DNA of 64,000 bases from an uncultured delta proteobacterium (GCA_963845145.1 CAWJQU010000013.1:1-64000), one strand, 5' to 3'. Shown: positions 9,983 to 23,021, counted from the stretch's first letter. Numbers and translations: made by a program. The notes: generated by a model not told the origin, from the letters alone.

Positions 9983-10831
9983 ATGGCTAAGACCATCTAT
10001 TCGGCAACAGGGTGCCTAAGATGCAAAATTGTTAAACAATTTTTAAATGACACTGACCAAGCCTACCAGGACTTTGACGCTTTAGGTGAGGGCCGGAAAC
10101 AATTTAGGACTTTCTACAAGGACAACCGCGAAAAAATATACCGCGGCCTTGATGGCGTGGAGTTCCCGATTCTTAGCGATGGTGAAATAATACGGCAGGG
10201 CCTACCCATGGTGTTGGCTCACCTGCTCGAAGGACCGTCCTTGAACGGATTTTTTGAACCTGGCTTGCTTCATGGTGAATGGTTAGACGGAATCCATGTT
10301 TCTAACGGCAACCCAGCCTGTGGAGAGAAATTTCTTGGCGTTCTTAATTTGCTAAAGAAACAAAAACTCAAACTTCAGGTTGAAACCAATGGGATGAATG
10401 CCCATTTGTTGGAACAAGTGCTCGAACAGGGGTTGGCCGATCGGGTAATAATGGAGACCAAAGGGCCTTTAAAATTGTATGGCTCGCTTTTAAATAGAGA
10501 AATTGATCCGGAGGAGATAAAAAGGAGCATTTCCCTGGTATCCCAACACCGTGATTATTACTTTTACTCCACCATCTCACCAATACTAAGAAAAAAAGGT
10601 GCGGCTGAAGAATTCAGTTACATCAGACCGGAAGAAATCGCTGAGACTGCAAATTTGATTCAAGAGACCACTGGGAATAACCTGCAGCCATACCGATTAA
10701 AGCCTTTCGATCCTCAGATTGAAGAAGGGTTGAAGTTGCAAACACTGGAAGCATTACCAGACAATATGCTTTTCAAATACCGGACCATGGCGCGCAAGTA
10801 TCTTTATAAAACTGAAATATTTAAGAGCTAA
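9983..10831 (+). CDS. Glutaredoxin-like CxxC domain fused to a degenerate radical-SAM activase-like barrel
   Basis: GCLRCK and VEFP (thioredoxin fold), then LDGIHVSNGNP, LQVETNG and DRVIMETKGP resembling NrdG/PflA motifs; no CxxxCxxC. Confidence 0.7.
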   Translation: MAKTIYSATGCLRCKIVKQFLNDTDQAYQDFDALGEGRKQFRTFYKDNREKIYRGLDGVEFPILSDGEIIRQGLPMVLAHLLEGPSLNGFFEPGLLHGEWLDGIHVSNGNPACGEKFLGVLNLLKKQKLKLQVETNGMNAHLLEQVLEQGLADRVIMETKGPLKLYGSLLNREIDPEEIKRSISLVSQHRDYYFYSTISPILRKKGAAEEFSYIRPEEIAETANLIQETTGNNLQPYRLKPFDPQIEEGLKLQTLEALPDNMLFKYRTMARKYLYKTEIFKS

Positions 10832-11093
10832 CAGACTATTTCCTGATCATCGGGATTTTAATTGTTATTGTATATTAGAGATACGCATTCATCAAATTAG
10901 TGAAAGGTTTGATTCCGGTAATTGTAGATACCATCTGCTAATCTTAAGAAATTTCTTATCTCAAAATTACCGACCTCTTCAACCTTATCAATGGCGCACT
11001 TGCCCTTAGAAAATCTGTGATAATACTGTTAAGAGATGTCCTGACTTGAATGCCAGTCTTGCCAATTCAAGCATAGGTCAGGGCATATAATGT

Positions 11094-12398
11094 CTAAGCA
11101 TCTCCTTCTCTCAACGGATTATTCGGATGTGTCGTCCAATCTTCGTGTGTGGCTTTTATTGGCAGATTGGTGCGGGGATCGGTGCCTTCGGTTAGGGGCT
11201 GCATGGTGATACAGCCTTCAATGGGGCAGACACCGACGCAAAGGTTACAGCCGACGCACTCTTCGTCTTTGACGACAAATTTGCGTTCGCCATCGACCGT
11301 GTGGGTGATGGCCTGGTGGGAGGTATCCTCACAGGCGATATGGCACTTGCCGCATTTGATGCATAGATCCTGGTCGATATAGGCTTTTTCGATATAATTT
11401 AAATTGAGATATTTCCAGTCCGTCACCGAGGGTATGGCCCGTCCGACCAGGTCATGGACCGATTTCATTCCTTTTTCGTCCAGGAAGTTATTCAGACCAT
11501 CAATCAGGCCCTCTACGATCTTGAAACCATGTATCATGGCAGCCGTGCAGACTTGAACCGTGGTTGCACCTAAAGCGAGATAATCGACCGCGTCCCGCCA
11601 GGTAGTGATGCCGCCGATACCTGAAATGAGGATGTCATTGGTATCGGCTGTGCGGGCAATCTCGGCAACCATATTCAAAGAAATGGGTTTGACGGCCTCG
11701 CCACAATACCCGCCGTGGGTTCCCATGCCATCCGTGGTGGGATACATGGTCAGTGAGTCGTAATCCACACGCATGATGGAATTGATCGTGTTGATGAGGG
11801 AGACCGCATCGGCCCCGCCTTTTTTAGCGGCCCGGGCCGGGTGGAGAATATTGGTGATGTTGGGGGTTAGCTTTACCATCACCGGAACCGATGCGTATTT
11901 TTTGCACCACTCGGTCGCTCTTTGCACATATTCGGGTACCTGCCCGACGGCGGCACCCATGCCCCTTTCGGACATGCCGTGGGGGCAACCGAAGTTGAGT
12001 TCAAAACCGTCGGCACCGGTCTCTTCGATCATGGGTATATGTTTGGCCCAGGATTCCTCGTTTAAAGGCAGCATCACCGAAGCAATTAAAACGCGATCGG
12101 GCCAATCTTTTTTAATCTGTTTCATCTCCTCCAGGTTGGTTTCAAGCGGCCGGTCCGTAATCAGCTCGATATTGTTAAATCCGATGACTTGGCGGTCGTT
12201 ACCGTGCAAGGCGGCATATCTGGGGCCGTTGACATTGACGATATGCGGCTCTTCGCCCAATGTTTTCCAGACAACCCCACCCCATCCCGCTTCAAACGCA
12301 CGGTTAACATTGTAGGCCTTATCAGTTGGCGGAGCGGATGCGAGCCAAAAGGGATTGGGGGAGGTGATCCCCATAAAAGTTGTTTGTAAGTCAGCCAT
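11094..12398 (-). CDS. preA: NAD-dependent dihydropyrimidine dehydrogenase subunit PreA
   Basis: NPFWLASAPPT, NNIELITD, ELNFGCPHGM and KLTPN motifs; C-terminal 2x4Fe-4S. Confidence 0.96.
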   Translation of the reverse strand: MADLQTTFMGITSPNPFWLASAPPTDKAYNVNRAFEAGWGGVVWKTLGEEPHIVNVNGPRYAALHGNDRQVIGFNNIELITDRPLETNLEEMKQIKKDWPDRVLIASVMLPLNEESWAKHIPMIEETGADGFELNFGCPHGMSERGMGAAVGQVPEYVQRATEWCKKYASVPVMVKLTPNITNILHPARAAKKGGADAVSLINTINSIMRVDYDSLTMYPTTDGMGTHGGYCGEAVKPISLNMVAEIARTADTNDILISGIGGITTWRDAVDYLALGATTVQVCTAAMIHGFKIVEGLIDGLNNFLDEKGMKSVHDLVGRAIPSVTDWKYLNLNYIEKAYIDQDLCIKCGKCHIACEDTSHQAITHTVDGERKFVVKDEECVGCNLCVGVCPIEGCITMQPLTEGTDPRTNLPIKATHEDWTTHPNNPLREGDA

Positions 12399-12442
12399 TC
12401 TTTTTCCTTAGCGTTATGATTTTGTTTGTTCAGTGCTTGGGG

Positions 12443-13816
12443 TTATAAATCCTGCAAATAGTCATGGATTGACAACGCGGCTAGTTTGCCATCCTGAACC
12501 GCGCTTACCGTCAGGTCCTCGCCACCGGCGACGCAATCGCCGCCGGCCCACACATTGTCCAAGGCTGTTTTTCGAGCCTCATTGACGATAATCCGTCCCT
12601 TTTCAATGGGAAGCGTGTCGGCTGTATCTTCGAGCTGATTGACAGGCAGCGTCTGTCCAATGGCTTTAAAAATGACATCAGCTTGCAGTTTGTACGTTTC
12701 ACCGGTCTCCGACAGGTTTCCGTCCTTGTCCAAGCGGGTGGCTTTGAATTCGATGCCCGTGACATGGCCGTCTTGGCTCAGTACTTTGTTGGGGGTGGCA
12801 CAGAACCGCAGCCTGACGCCATTAATCCGGGCATAATGTTGCTCATGTTCACTGGCCTTCATATGTGCCTGGTCGCGTCGATAAACGATGGTGACTTCAG
12901 AAGCCCCTAGTTTTTTGGATTGAACCGCGATATCGATGGCGGTCATACCACCACCGATGACGACGATCTGATCGCCTATCGGAAGATTCGACAACTTTCC
13001 GGCCTGGCGCAGGTCGCGTATGTAATCAACCGCGTCCATCACGCCCTTTACATCATCTCCCGGGATTTGATACGGGTTGACGGCCGCAAGACCGATGGCC
13101 ATGAAAACGGCGTCATAGTCATTTCGTAGACGGTCCAACGTAAAGTCAACACCCAGTTCGGCGTTGGGTTTGAGCTCGATCCCGCCGATTTCAAGGATAT
13201 AGTCGACCTCTTTTTTAGCGATATCGTTCAAGGCTTTGTAATAAGCGATACCGTATTCATTTAATCCACCCGCTTTTTCGTTTTTATCAAACACCGTCAC
13301 GGTATGGCCAAGCGTCGCCAGACGATGGGCGCAAGAGAGTCCTGCCGGTCCGGCACCGACAACGGCGATATTTTTGTCTGTGGGTGGCATGCGTTCAAAA
13401 AGCGGGGTTTTGGTTTCAATGACCGTTTCGGTGGCGTAGCGCTGTAACAGGCCGATTGTCACCGGTTTGCTTTCATGGGTGTTGCGGACGCAGGCTTCTT
13501 CGCACAGCTCTTCCGTGGGACAAACCCGGGCGCACATACCCCCCATAATATTTTGCTCGAGAATTTTACGCGCCGAGCCTTTGATATTTCCGGTCTGAAC
13601 CCGTTTGATAAACTCAGGGATATCAATGCCCGTGGGACACGCCGCCGTACATGGCGCGTCGTAGCAGAAATAGCAGCGGCAGGCTTCAATGTAGGCTTGT
13701 GAACCTGAAAGCGGCGGATGCATGTCTGTAAAATTGGCGGCTATTTCATCTTCAGATAGCTTTCCTATTTGCTTCGTGGCGGATGACTGTTTGGTAGCGT
13801 GTTTGGAATTTGACAT
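12443..13816 (-). CDS. preT: Dihydropyrimidine dehydrogenase subunit PreT (GltD-like)
   Basis: RCYFCYDAPCTAACP, CARVCP..LCE.AC, GAGPAGL and GGG.TA.D motifs. Confidence 0.95.
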   Translation of the reverse strand: MSNSKHATKQSSATKQIGKLSEDEIAANFTDMHPPLSGSQAYIEACRCYFCYDAPCTAACPTGIDIPEFIKRVQTGNIKGSARKILEQNIMGGMCARVCPTEELCEEACVRNTHESKPVTIGLLQRYATETVIETKTPLFERMPPTDKNIAVVGAGPAGLSCAHRLATLGHTVTVFDKNEKAGGLNEYGIAYYKALNDIAKKEVDYILEIGGIELKPNAELGVDFTLDRLRNDYDAVFMAIGLAAVNPYQIPGDDVKGVMDAVDYIRDLRQAGKLSNLPIGDQIVVIGGGMTAIDIAVQSKKLGASEVTIVYRRDQAHMKASEHEQHYARINGVRLRFCATPNKVLSQDGHVTGIEFKATRLDKDGNLSETGETYKLQADVIFKAIGQTLPVNQLEDTADTLPIEKGRIIVNEARKTALDNVWAGGDCVAGGEDLTVSAVQDGKLAALSIHDYLQDL

Positions 13817-13932
13817 TGTTTAAGACCCTCGTTTTCGAACCTAAAACAGGGATTAATGATGGGCACCCTTTTATTGATTCCTGGGTGTTGGTTCCCACCG
13901 GTAACAACCTGAAATTACCCCGGGCTAGCCTA

Positions 13933-15375
<1,443 letters not shown>

Positions 15376-15652
15376 TTATCTCCTTTTGGTTTTAATCATC
15401 GCGTGGTCCGATAACTTCTTTATTCAATATCAGCATCGTATATTCGATTTATGGAATCGGGTTATCCTCTATTTTCCGAAATCCACGAAATTTTCTATGG
15501 CGCCTTAGCTAATGGTGGCTGGTTCGCCAGTTATGGTTTTATCACTAAGAGTGAGGTGTGCTACAATGTGATATATTGATATTTTTCTAGTATTAGGACG
15601 TCTTGGTACAAAGTCAATATGGTTGCCCGGCGGTTTAATAGATTGGGACTAA

Positions 15653-15692
15653 GGGTTCGTGTAAAAATGTGAAATTATTTTTGTGCGAACCC
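15653..15692 (+). repeat. Internally deleted 40-bp copy of the palindromic MITE-like element
   Basis: GGGTTCGTGTAAAAAT joined directly to GTGAAATTATTTTTGTGCGAACCC, i.e. the two ends of the element at 25759-25914 fused at a shared AAAAT. Confidence 0.85.
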
Positions 15693-15733
15693 TGAGGTGA
15701 GGGTGCGATTGGAACGCCGGGTATCTATTCAAT

Positions 15734-17974
15734 TCAGAAATCACTTAAATCCTTGTCATCAAGGGGGATAACGGTTTCATAATTGCGGTCCGCTTTGGCG
15801 GCCGTCTGGCCAAAGCTATTGGAATTTGAAACTTTAGAATCGATCTTATTGAAGTAGCGCATCAGTCCTGACTTTTCTATGGGTTTTGTGGAGACACGTT
15901 GACCAGGCTTGTATTTTAAATGGGCGCCACCGATCATACGCCTTAAGTTCAGTGCCATGCCTTTCATCTGTTCGGCTTGGGCACTCAATTCCTCAGCGGA
16001 TGAAGCTGATTCTTCTGCGCCAGCCGCATTCTGTTGGGTTATTTTATCCATTTCGGTTATGGCACTATTAATTTGACCAATTCCTTGGGCTTGTTCGTTA
16101 GAGGCGGCGGCGATTTCACTCACAATTTCACCGACCTGGCGGACATTTAGCTCTACCTCTTTGAAATCCTCACTGGTGGCCCTGACGATATCGGTGCCAC
16201 CGCTGATCTTATGAACGGTATCTTCGATGAGTTCGGCGGTGTTGCTGGCAGCTTCGGCTGCCCGTATGGCCAGGTTCCTGACCTCATCAGCCACCACCGC
16301 AAAACCGGCTCCGGCTTCCCCGGCTCGGGCGGCTTCTACAGCCGCGTTTAGGGCAAGTAGGTTGGTCTGAAAGGCTATTTCGTCAATGGTCTTGATGATT
16401 TTAGAGGTCTCTTGGCTAGCCGTTGATATGACATCCATTGAGGTGGTCAATTTATTCATGGAATCGCCAGCCTTGTCGACCACATGATTGGCCTTGCCCA
16501 TGAGAAGTTTGGCCTCAGCGGCATTGTTGGAATTTTGTTGCGTCATGGCAGACATCTGTTCCAGAGAGGCGGATGTCTCTTCAATCGATGCCGCCTGTTC
16601 CGAAGTGCCTTCGGCCAGTACCTGGCCCGTTGAAGTGACTTCGCTCGAAGCGGCGGAAACCTGGTCGGCCGCCAAGTTCATCCCCACGATCATCTTTTGG
16701 ATGGGCTTATTGATGCTGTGTTGTATGAAAATGAAACTGGCTGTCAAAATAAAAAATAGAATGCCCGCAGTCAATCCCGAAATCCATATGATTGTTCGTC
16801 TTATATTGCCCTTTATCTCTTTTTGGGTCTCTCCGACCTGTTTCTCTACCTCGACCAGCATATTTTGGACTCTTTTTTCAATGGCCTGGGTTTTGACGGC
16901 CACGGCCGCTTCAATGTCGTCGACATAGACACCCGTTCCCAATATCCAGTTCCATTTTTTAAACAATTTAACGTACGATAGCTTGGGTTGGGGTTCATCG
17001 GCACCGTATTTGGGCCAGTGATAATCGACAAAACCTTCACCCTTTTCCCTGCAAATTTTGGCCATTTCGACAAAAAGTTTTTTCCCGTTGGGATCCTGGG
17101 TGCCGGAAAGATCCTTTCCATTCAGCTTAGGTTTGTAGGGGTGCATGACCATCGACGGCGTCATGTCGTTGATCCAGAAATAGTCCTTGTTTTCAGGGCC
17201 GAAGCGCAGGGCACCGATAACGGCGGCGGCATCTTTTTTTAGACGTTCTTCCGCTACTTCGACATAGACACCCGAACCGACAACCCACTTCCAGGGTTCG
17301 AAAAGTCTAACAAAAGAGAGCTTGGGCTGAGGTTGTTCTGCGCCATACTTCGGCCAGTGGTAATCGACGAACCCTTCACCCTTTTCCCTGCAAATTTTGG
17401 TCATTTCGACAAATAGTTTTTTTCCATTGGGGTCCTTGGAACCGGATAAGTCTTTCCCGTCCAGTTGGGGCTTATAGGGGTGCATCACCATGGTCGGCCC
17501 CATATCGTTAATCCAGAAATAGTCTTTGTTTTCGGGACCATACCGGAGATTCTTAATCAGCTTTTTGGCTTTCTCTTTTTTCTCGAACAGTAATAGGCCT
17601 TCTTCCTTTTCAACAGCGGCGAGTATGCTATACGCGGTGTTTACAGCATTTTGTAGCTGTGTTTGATAGACTTCTTTTAGTTTTTCAGGGCTGTGAGAAT
17701 CATCGTAACCTTTTTGCAGCACACCAAGGGCTGTTTGGATCTGGGATTTTAGATACTCTTTTTTTCGGGCCATGAGGTCTTTTCTAAACATCTTGACCTC
17801 GGTATTTCCCTCAGATTTGATTCGGTTGATTTCATTTTTCCCCATTGCCTCAATTTTCGCAATTGTCCCGTCCCCGGCTTTTCTAAACTGAAATACAGAG
17901 ATAGCTCCGATAACCATCGACGTCAGGATCAGGGAGATTCCTGTCATTGTAATTATTTTGGTTTTAATCGTCAT
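15734..17974 (-). CDS. Methyl-accepting chemotaxis protein with two near-identical Cache_2 sensor modules
   Basis: Two TM segments; duplicated [18 protein letters not shown]...DPNGK.LF block; [34 protein letters not shown] signalling tip. Confidence 0.95.
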   Translation of the reverse strand: MTIKTKIITMTGISLILTSMVIGAISVFQFRKAGDGTIAKIEAMGKNEINRIKSEGNTEVKMFRKDLMARKKEYLKSQIQTALGVLQKGYDDSHSPEKLKEVYQTQLQNAVNTAYSILAAVEKEEGLLLFEKKEKAKKLIKNLRYGPENKDYFWINDMGPTMVMHPYKPQLDGKDLSGSKDPNGKKLFVEMTKICREKGEGFVDYHWPKYGAEQPQPKLSFVRLFEPWKWVVGSGVYVEVAEERLKKDAAAVIGALRFGPENKDYFWINDMTPSMVMHPYKPKLNGKDLSGTQDPNGKKLFVEMAKICREKGEGFVDYHWPKYGADEPQPKLSYVKLFKKWNWILGTGVYVDDIEAAVAVKTQAIEKRVQNMLVEVEKQVGETQKEIKGNIRRTIIWISGLTAGILFFILTASFIFIQHSINKPIQKMIVGMNLAADQVSAASSEVTSTGQVLAEGTSEQAASIEETSASLEQMSAMTQQNSNNAAEAKLLMGKANHVVDKAGDSMNKLTTSMDVISTASQETSKIIKTIDEIAFQTNLLALNAAVEAARAGEAGAGFAVVADEVRNLAIRAAEAASNTAELIEDTVHKISGGTDIVRATSEDFKEVELNVRQVGEIVSEIAAASNEQAQGIGQINSAITEMDKITQQNAAGAEESASSAEELSAQAEQMKGMALNLRRMIGGAHLKYKPGQRVSTKPIEKSGLMRYFNKIDSKVSNSNSFGQTAAKADRNYETVIPLDDKDLSDF

Positions 17975-18413
17975 AATACAGCCTCGTTAAAAAACCTCTC
18001 TTTGTTTGCATCATTCAGCTCTAGCCTGGTTATATTATCGACAACTTTATCATTTTCTTTAATTTTGAATCATAACATAGCGTATCGCCGAAAATGTCTT
18101 ATAGTCTGTCCAGTTGGTGATCGGTTAAATCATCTTCTGCAACCTTATTTTTGGGTAATTGTTCAGGACAAGGTCGTTGGTTTTTTGATATTTATTTATT
18201 AATATCAGAAAGATACCCATTTATTAACGGGATCGTTTTGCCGGTGCCAAATACAATTTAAAAAAGACTTGCGCTTTTTCATTTTTTGATTTAAATCGCG
18301 CCAAACTTTTTTAATAGTCATGTCATATCGAAAATGGCGAGATGATGGTGTTCATAGGTTTTTCAATGAATAACCATCTCAGTTGAGGTAGATTTGATTG
18401 GGGGGTAATTCGT

Positions 18414-18899
18414 ATGTATCAGCGTGCAGCCAAACAAAGAGAGACGATTCGGCCGGTAAAAGACAATTCGAGTGTAAATACCCGGCCGAAACAATGCTGC
18501 CCACGGCCGGAGGATGACCGCCGTGATCACTTTGTGGTGCGAAATGGAACCGAATTTGCCGGCACGCACTTGATTTTGGATTTATGGGGCGCCCAGCATC
18601 TGGACGACCTGGATTATATGGAAATAACGTTACGTGAATGTATTGACAGAGCGAAAGCGACGCTGCTGCATATTCATCTGCACCACTTTACCCCAAGCGG
18701 CGGGATTTCAGGTGTAGCCGTGTTGGCGGAATCCCATATCAGTGTGCATACCTGGCCTGAACGTGGTTTTGCCGCTTTTGACGTCTTCATGTGCGGCACC
18801 AGCCGGCCGGAAGAGGTCATTGGCGTTCTTAAACGCGCTTTTTATCCTAAATCCATAAAGATAACCGAAAATCTCCGCGGAGTCGTTGTAGATGAATAG
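18414..18899 (+). CDS. speD: S-adenosylmethionine decarboxylase proenzyme
   Basis: [26 protein letters not shown] self-cleavage site; DVFMCG. Confidence 0.93.
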   Translation: MYQRAAKQRETIRPVKDNSSVNTRPKQCCPRPEDDRRDHFVVRNGTEFAGTHLILDLWGAQHLDDLDYMEITLRECIDRAKATLLHIHLHHFTPSGGISGVAVLAESHISVHTWPERGFAAFDVFMCGTSRPEEVIGVLKRAFYPKSIKITENLRGVVVDE

Positions 18900-19773
18900 G
18901 TTTTTTGAAACCCTCTACGACAGTTACGGACAGGAGTTTCGGGTCGATGAACTTATCTATGAAAAGAAGACCGATCATCAACATTTGGTGATTTTTCACA
19001 ATGCCGCTTTCGGGCGCGTTCTGGCGCTTGATGGCGTCGTCCAGACCACGGAAAAAGATGAGTTTATCTACCATGAAATGCTCGCCCATCTGCCCATATT
19101 CGCCCACGGTAAGGTTCGGCGGGTATTGATCATCGGTGGCGGTGATGGGGGGATGCTTCGCGAAGTTACACAACATCAACCGATTGAGAACATCTCTCAG
19201 GTGGAGATCGATAGGGCCGTCATCGACCTGAGTCTTAAATATCTGCCGAACCATTCGCAAGGCTCTTTTGATGATCCTCGGGTGAACCTTGTCATCCAGG
19301 ACGGTTTTGACTTTCTCAGTCAGACGAAAGAAGCATTTGATATCATTATTTCGGACAGTACGGACCCGATCGGCCCGGGGGAAGTTTTATTTACACCCGA
19401 GTATTACAAGGCGTGCCAACGGTGTCTCAATCCCGGGGGTATCCTGGTTACTCAGAATGGTGTGCCCTATATGCAGCTTGATGAGGTTAAAACGACGGCA
19501 AAACACTTGGCTAACGTGTTTGAGGACTGGCATTTTTACAATGCCGCGATTCCCACATACATCGGCGGGATGATGACGTTTGGCTGGGCCAGCGATAACA
19601 AAACGTTGCGGCAGGTCACACTGGAAACGCTTATTACAAGGTATCATAAAAGCGGCATAACGACGCGCTATTATAATCCGGAAATTCATCAGGCCGCCTT
19701 CATCTTACCGCAGTATATCTTAACCGCCATCGGAAAACGCTCCAATGGGCAGGATAACCCTATCACCACCTGA
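18892..19773 (+). CDS. speE: Spermidine synthase
   Basis: [26 protein letters not shown] and DSTDP motifs. Confidence 0.96.
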   Translation: MNRFFETLYDSYGQEFRVDELIYEKKTDHQHLVIFHNAAFGRVLALDGVVQTTEKDEFIYHEMLAHLPIFAHGKVRRVLIIGGGDGGMLREVTQHQPIENISQVEIDRAVIDLSLKYLPNHSQGSFDDPRVNLVIQDGFDFLSQTKEAFDIIISDSTDPIGPGEVLFTPEYYKACQRCLNPGGILVTQNGVPYMQLDEVKTTAKHLANVFEDWHFYNAAIPTYIGGMMTFGWASDNKTLRQVTLETLITRYHKSGITTRYYNPEIHQAAFILPQYILTAIGKRSNGQDNPITT

Positions 19774-20929
19774 AAAAGGTAAGGAATACCAGGCGCTAGT
19801 TGCCACGCATGGGTCGCCGCTTTTGATCCTGGACTGTCATGCAGCATGGCAGCAGTACAGTGTACTGAAGCGCGCCTTGCCAAACGTTAAATTATACTAT
19901 GCGGTAAAATCGCTCCCCCATCCGGCGATTATTCAGACGATACTGGATGCTGGCGGTGGATTAGAGTTGGCGTCCAGTGGTGAAATCGAACTTATCCGAG
20001 AACACCACACACCGCCGCGTCGGACGATTCATACCCACCCAATCAAAAAAGAGCGTGATATCGTTGACGCCCTGCGTTTTGGATGTACCACTTTTGTGGT
20101 GGACAATCCGGATGAGATACTGAAATTTTTGCCATATAAACATCGCGTCGGCTTGCTGCTTCGGGTGAGTTTTCGAAGCCCCTCCGCCGTTGTGGATTTA
20201 TCGAAAAAATTCGGCTGTCCGGCTGAGGAAGCGGGCGCTATGCTGACATTGAGCGCGAAGCTGGGGGTTCATATCAAGGGGCTGTCGTTTCACGTTGGCT
20301 CCCAATGCCTGGATACCGCCCAACAGGTCAAGGCCATCCATCAATGTAACACGATCATTCGTCAACACCATGACACCGGATCCGCACCGGTGAGCATTCT
20401 GGATATCGGTGGCGGTTTTCCCGTGGCCTATGATGGTGAATCTATGGACATCGATCGATTCTGTGCGCCGATTCGAAAGGCAATTGCCGATCTGCCGCCC
20501 TATGTCCGGGTCATTGCCGAACCTGGCCGGTTTATCTCGGCACCGGCCATGCGCAGTATTGCCACCGTCGTCGGGAAAGCGATCCGAAACGGCATTCATT
20601 GGTTTTATCTGGATGAAGGGGTTTATGGATCGTACAGTGGGCAATTGTTTGACCACATGAAGTATCCCCTGGAAGTATTTACATCGCAAACCGACCGCTA
20701 TCCGTCTGTCCTGGCAGGGCCCACATGTGATAGTATCGATATCATCGGCGAGGATCTATTATTGCCTGAATTGAACATCGGCGACCTGGTGGTAGGCCAC
20801 CAAATGGGTGCCTACACGACGGCATCCGCAACGGCTTTCAATTCGGTTCCCAAAACAAAAATTGTTGTCCGCAATAGCCCTATAAACCAACCAACAGCAT
20901 TAGCGAACAACCTTTTGCATTTTGTCTAA
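19745..20929 (+). CDS. Ornithine/lysine decarboxylase (fold-type III PLP)
   Basis: [36 protein letters not shown] and MGAYT motifs; in an operon with speD and speE. Confidence 0.92.
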   Translation: MGRITLSPPEKGKEYQALVATHGSPLLILDCHAAWQQYSVLKRALPNVKLYYAVKSLPHPAIIQTILDAGGGLELASSGEIELIREHHTPPRRTIHTHPIKKERDIVDALRFGCTTFVVDNPDEILKFLPYKHRVGLLLRVSFRSPSAVVDLSKKFGCPAEEAGAMLTLSAKLGVHIKGLSFHVGSQCLDTAQQVKAIHQCNTIIRQHHDTGSAPVSILDIGGGFPVAYDGESMDIDRFCAPIRKAIADLPPYVRVIAEPGRFISAPAMRSIATVVGKAIRNGIHWFYLDEGVYGSYSGQLFDHMKYPLEVFTSQTDRYPSVLAGPTCDSIDIIGEDLLLPELNIGDLVVGHQMGAYTTASATAFNSVPKTKIVVRNSPINQPTALANNLLHFV

Positions 20930-21071
20930 GTTTCACCCCGCCTTTTTAATAACCATTTTTTCATTTTCGCATGCAATTCATTCCAACCGGAACCTGGTTT
21001 ATTCTGAATGAATCTGGTATGACGCGAGGCGTTTCTGATTTAAATTATACTTATATTCGGAAGAAATTAAA

Positions 21072-22298
21072 ATGCTCGAATCGTCTTCTTTGGATCGTTC
21101 CAGAGACTTCATACCCTTATTGACTACTTGTTGCCTGATTACCTTCGGGTTATATTTGGCGACCGCCATGCGGCTGCCGATAATGCCGTTGCACGCAAAA
21201 TCTTTTGGTATTACGACCGTTCAAATTGGTATTATTAACAGTGTTTTTTATTTAATGGCAGGATGTCTTTCACTGCCATCCGGTTTTTTATCACAAAGAA
21301 TAGGTGGAAAGCGTCTGGTTATCATCGGTTTGATCATCATGGCGATTGCGACGTTTTTGTTGTTTTTTAGCCGATCTTTTATGCAGTTAACGGGATTGTA
21401 TTTATTGCTGGGTATTGGTGTGGCGGCTTTTGGCCCGACCATGATGTCTTTGGTGGCTCAAATTGCACCTGCTACCCATCTGGGTCGTGCCTACGGGTGG
21501 TATACGACGGCGTTGTTCTGTGGATTGAGCTTGGGGCCCGGTGTGGCTGGCGTAATGGGCGAGTGGATGAACCTGCAAACGGTATTTATCGTCGCATCTG
21601 CGCTGGTCGTGGTGACCCTCTGGTCCGTGATTGTTTTTTTACCCATAGATAGTTTCGATCAAGGAAAGAAGCACCAGGGTCAATCCGGCCTTCTATCCGG
21701 CGCCAAAATACTGGCTGGAAACACCCCTTTTCTGGGGTGTTTGCTGATCACCTTCGGTGCCAATTTGGTTGCAGGGATGTTTTTCACCTTTCTGCCGTTG
21801 CATGCATTGGGTCAAGGTATCTCCGTTTCTCAGATCGGCATCATCTTTCTGGTGCAGGCATTTACCAATGCCTTTATACGAATTCCATTCGGGGCGCTGA
21901 GCGACCGGGTATCTCAACGAAAATATCTTGTTGTGGGCGGGATTGCATGTGTTGCTATATCCATCACCGGATTTGGCTCTGCCCAGGTATTTTACCAATT
22001 CATTATCGCCGGAGTTGGTTTAGGTTTCGGAATGGCATTGGCATTCACCTCAATCGGCGCTCTCATTGCGGAAACGGTGGATGACAATCTGCGCGGGCCG
22101 GCTATGGGGGGGTACAATGCCTGTCTCTATTTCGGCATGATGGCTGGGTCGGTGGTTTTTGGCCCGGTGATAGAAGCGATCGGGTATGTTCGCAGCTTTA
22201 TGTTAAACGGGAGCCTCAATATGGCTATCGTTTTATTGTTTTTAATGATGATGCGGACGTTTCTTCCACCGCAAAAAGAGATAAAGGTCGCCTCGTAA
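21072..22298 (+). CDS. MFS transporter
   Basis: About 12 TM helices with motif A variants (GFLSQRIGGK, GALSDRVSQRK). Confidence 0.9.
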   Translation: MLESSSLDRSRDFIPLLTTCCLITFGLYLATAMRLPIMPLHAKSFGITTVQIGIINSVFYLMAGCLSLPSGFLSQRIGGKRLVIIGLIIMAIATFLLFFSRSFMQLTGLYLLLGIGVAAFGPTMMSLVAQIAPATHLGRAYGWYTTALFCGLSLGPGVAGVMGEWMNLQTVFIVASALVVVTLWSVIVFLPIDSFDQGKKHQGQSGLLSGAKILAGNTPFLGCLLITFGANLVAGMFFTFLPLHALGQGISVSQIGIIFLVQAFTNAFIRIPFGALSDRVSQRKYLVVGGIACVAISITGFGSAQVFYQFIIAGVGLGFGMALAFTSIGALIAETVDDNLRGPAMGGYNACLYFGMMAGSVVFGPVIEAIGYVRSFMLNGSLNMAIVLLFLMMMRTFLPPQKEIKVAS

Positions 22299-22305
22299 GC
22301 GCCGA

Positions 22306-22728
22306 TCAATCAATCCGAATGTGTAACTCGCCATTTTTAAAATCCACCGCATAGGTGGGAACCGGTCGAGGTGTCGGACCGTGGATTTTTTCTCCATCAA
22401 AGGTATACGTGGATTTATTAACACTGCAGCATTGAACAGTTTCAGTCCCAGGGACATAGTCCAAGCGGCGGTGACCCAGGTGAGAACACCGGTTTTGAAA
22501 CGCTCGATACTGTTCGTCCTCCCCGAAAACCACCAAAACTCGTTGTGGCAGACCCTTTCCTTCGAACCTGACGGCTGTCCCCGGTTGCATCAACTCGGGG
22601 GTGTGTTCTAACTGGATAGTGAGCTCGCCCGATTCGTACTTCCAGCCATCGGGGTCTTCAGGTTTGGACGTGGCGGAGATACCGAAAATACGTTGCCAGA
22701 TCGATCGTTGGAGAAAGGTTACAGACAT
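22306..22728 (-). CDS. Rieske-like (2Fe-2S) ferredoxin with an atypical second ligand box
   Basis: RCSHLG box 1; box 2 reads CCSVNKSTY..DG..I.GP. Confidence 0.75.
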   Translation of the reverse strand: MSVTFLQRSIWQRIFGISATSKPEDPDGWKYESGELTIQLEHTPELMQPGTAVRFEGKGLPQRVLVVFGEDEQYRAFQNRCSHLGHRRLDYVPGTETVQCCSVNKSTYTFDGEKIHGPTPRPVPTYAVDFKNGELHIRID

Positions 22729-23021
22729 AAGAACTCCTCACTTACATGGCATTGCTATTATTTCCCTTGCTGAAAATAGCAGTCTATCGCAACCGAATTC
22801 GCCCCAAAGAAAAAATTATCTCCTATATTGATATATTTGATATGGAAAATCAATGACTATAAATTATCAGGACGGGATTATTCGGACGGATAGAGGGATA
22901 GATAAAGCGACTAGCAAACAATCTTAATCGGGTACTAACTTACCTTTTTGTCGTTTGGCTAATCATAACGATACTTAAGGGGCCTGTCCGAAGGAAGGGG
23001 CAGGTCGGTCATCTCTGCTAT

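Noticed and set aside
18414..20929. speD-speE-decarboxylase as a novel system
   Set aside because: It is an ordinary putrescine/spermidine biosynthesis operon with canonical motifs.
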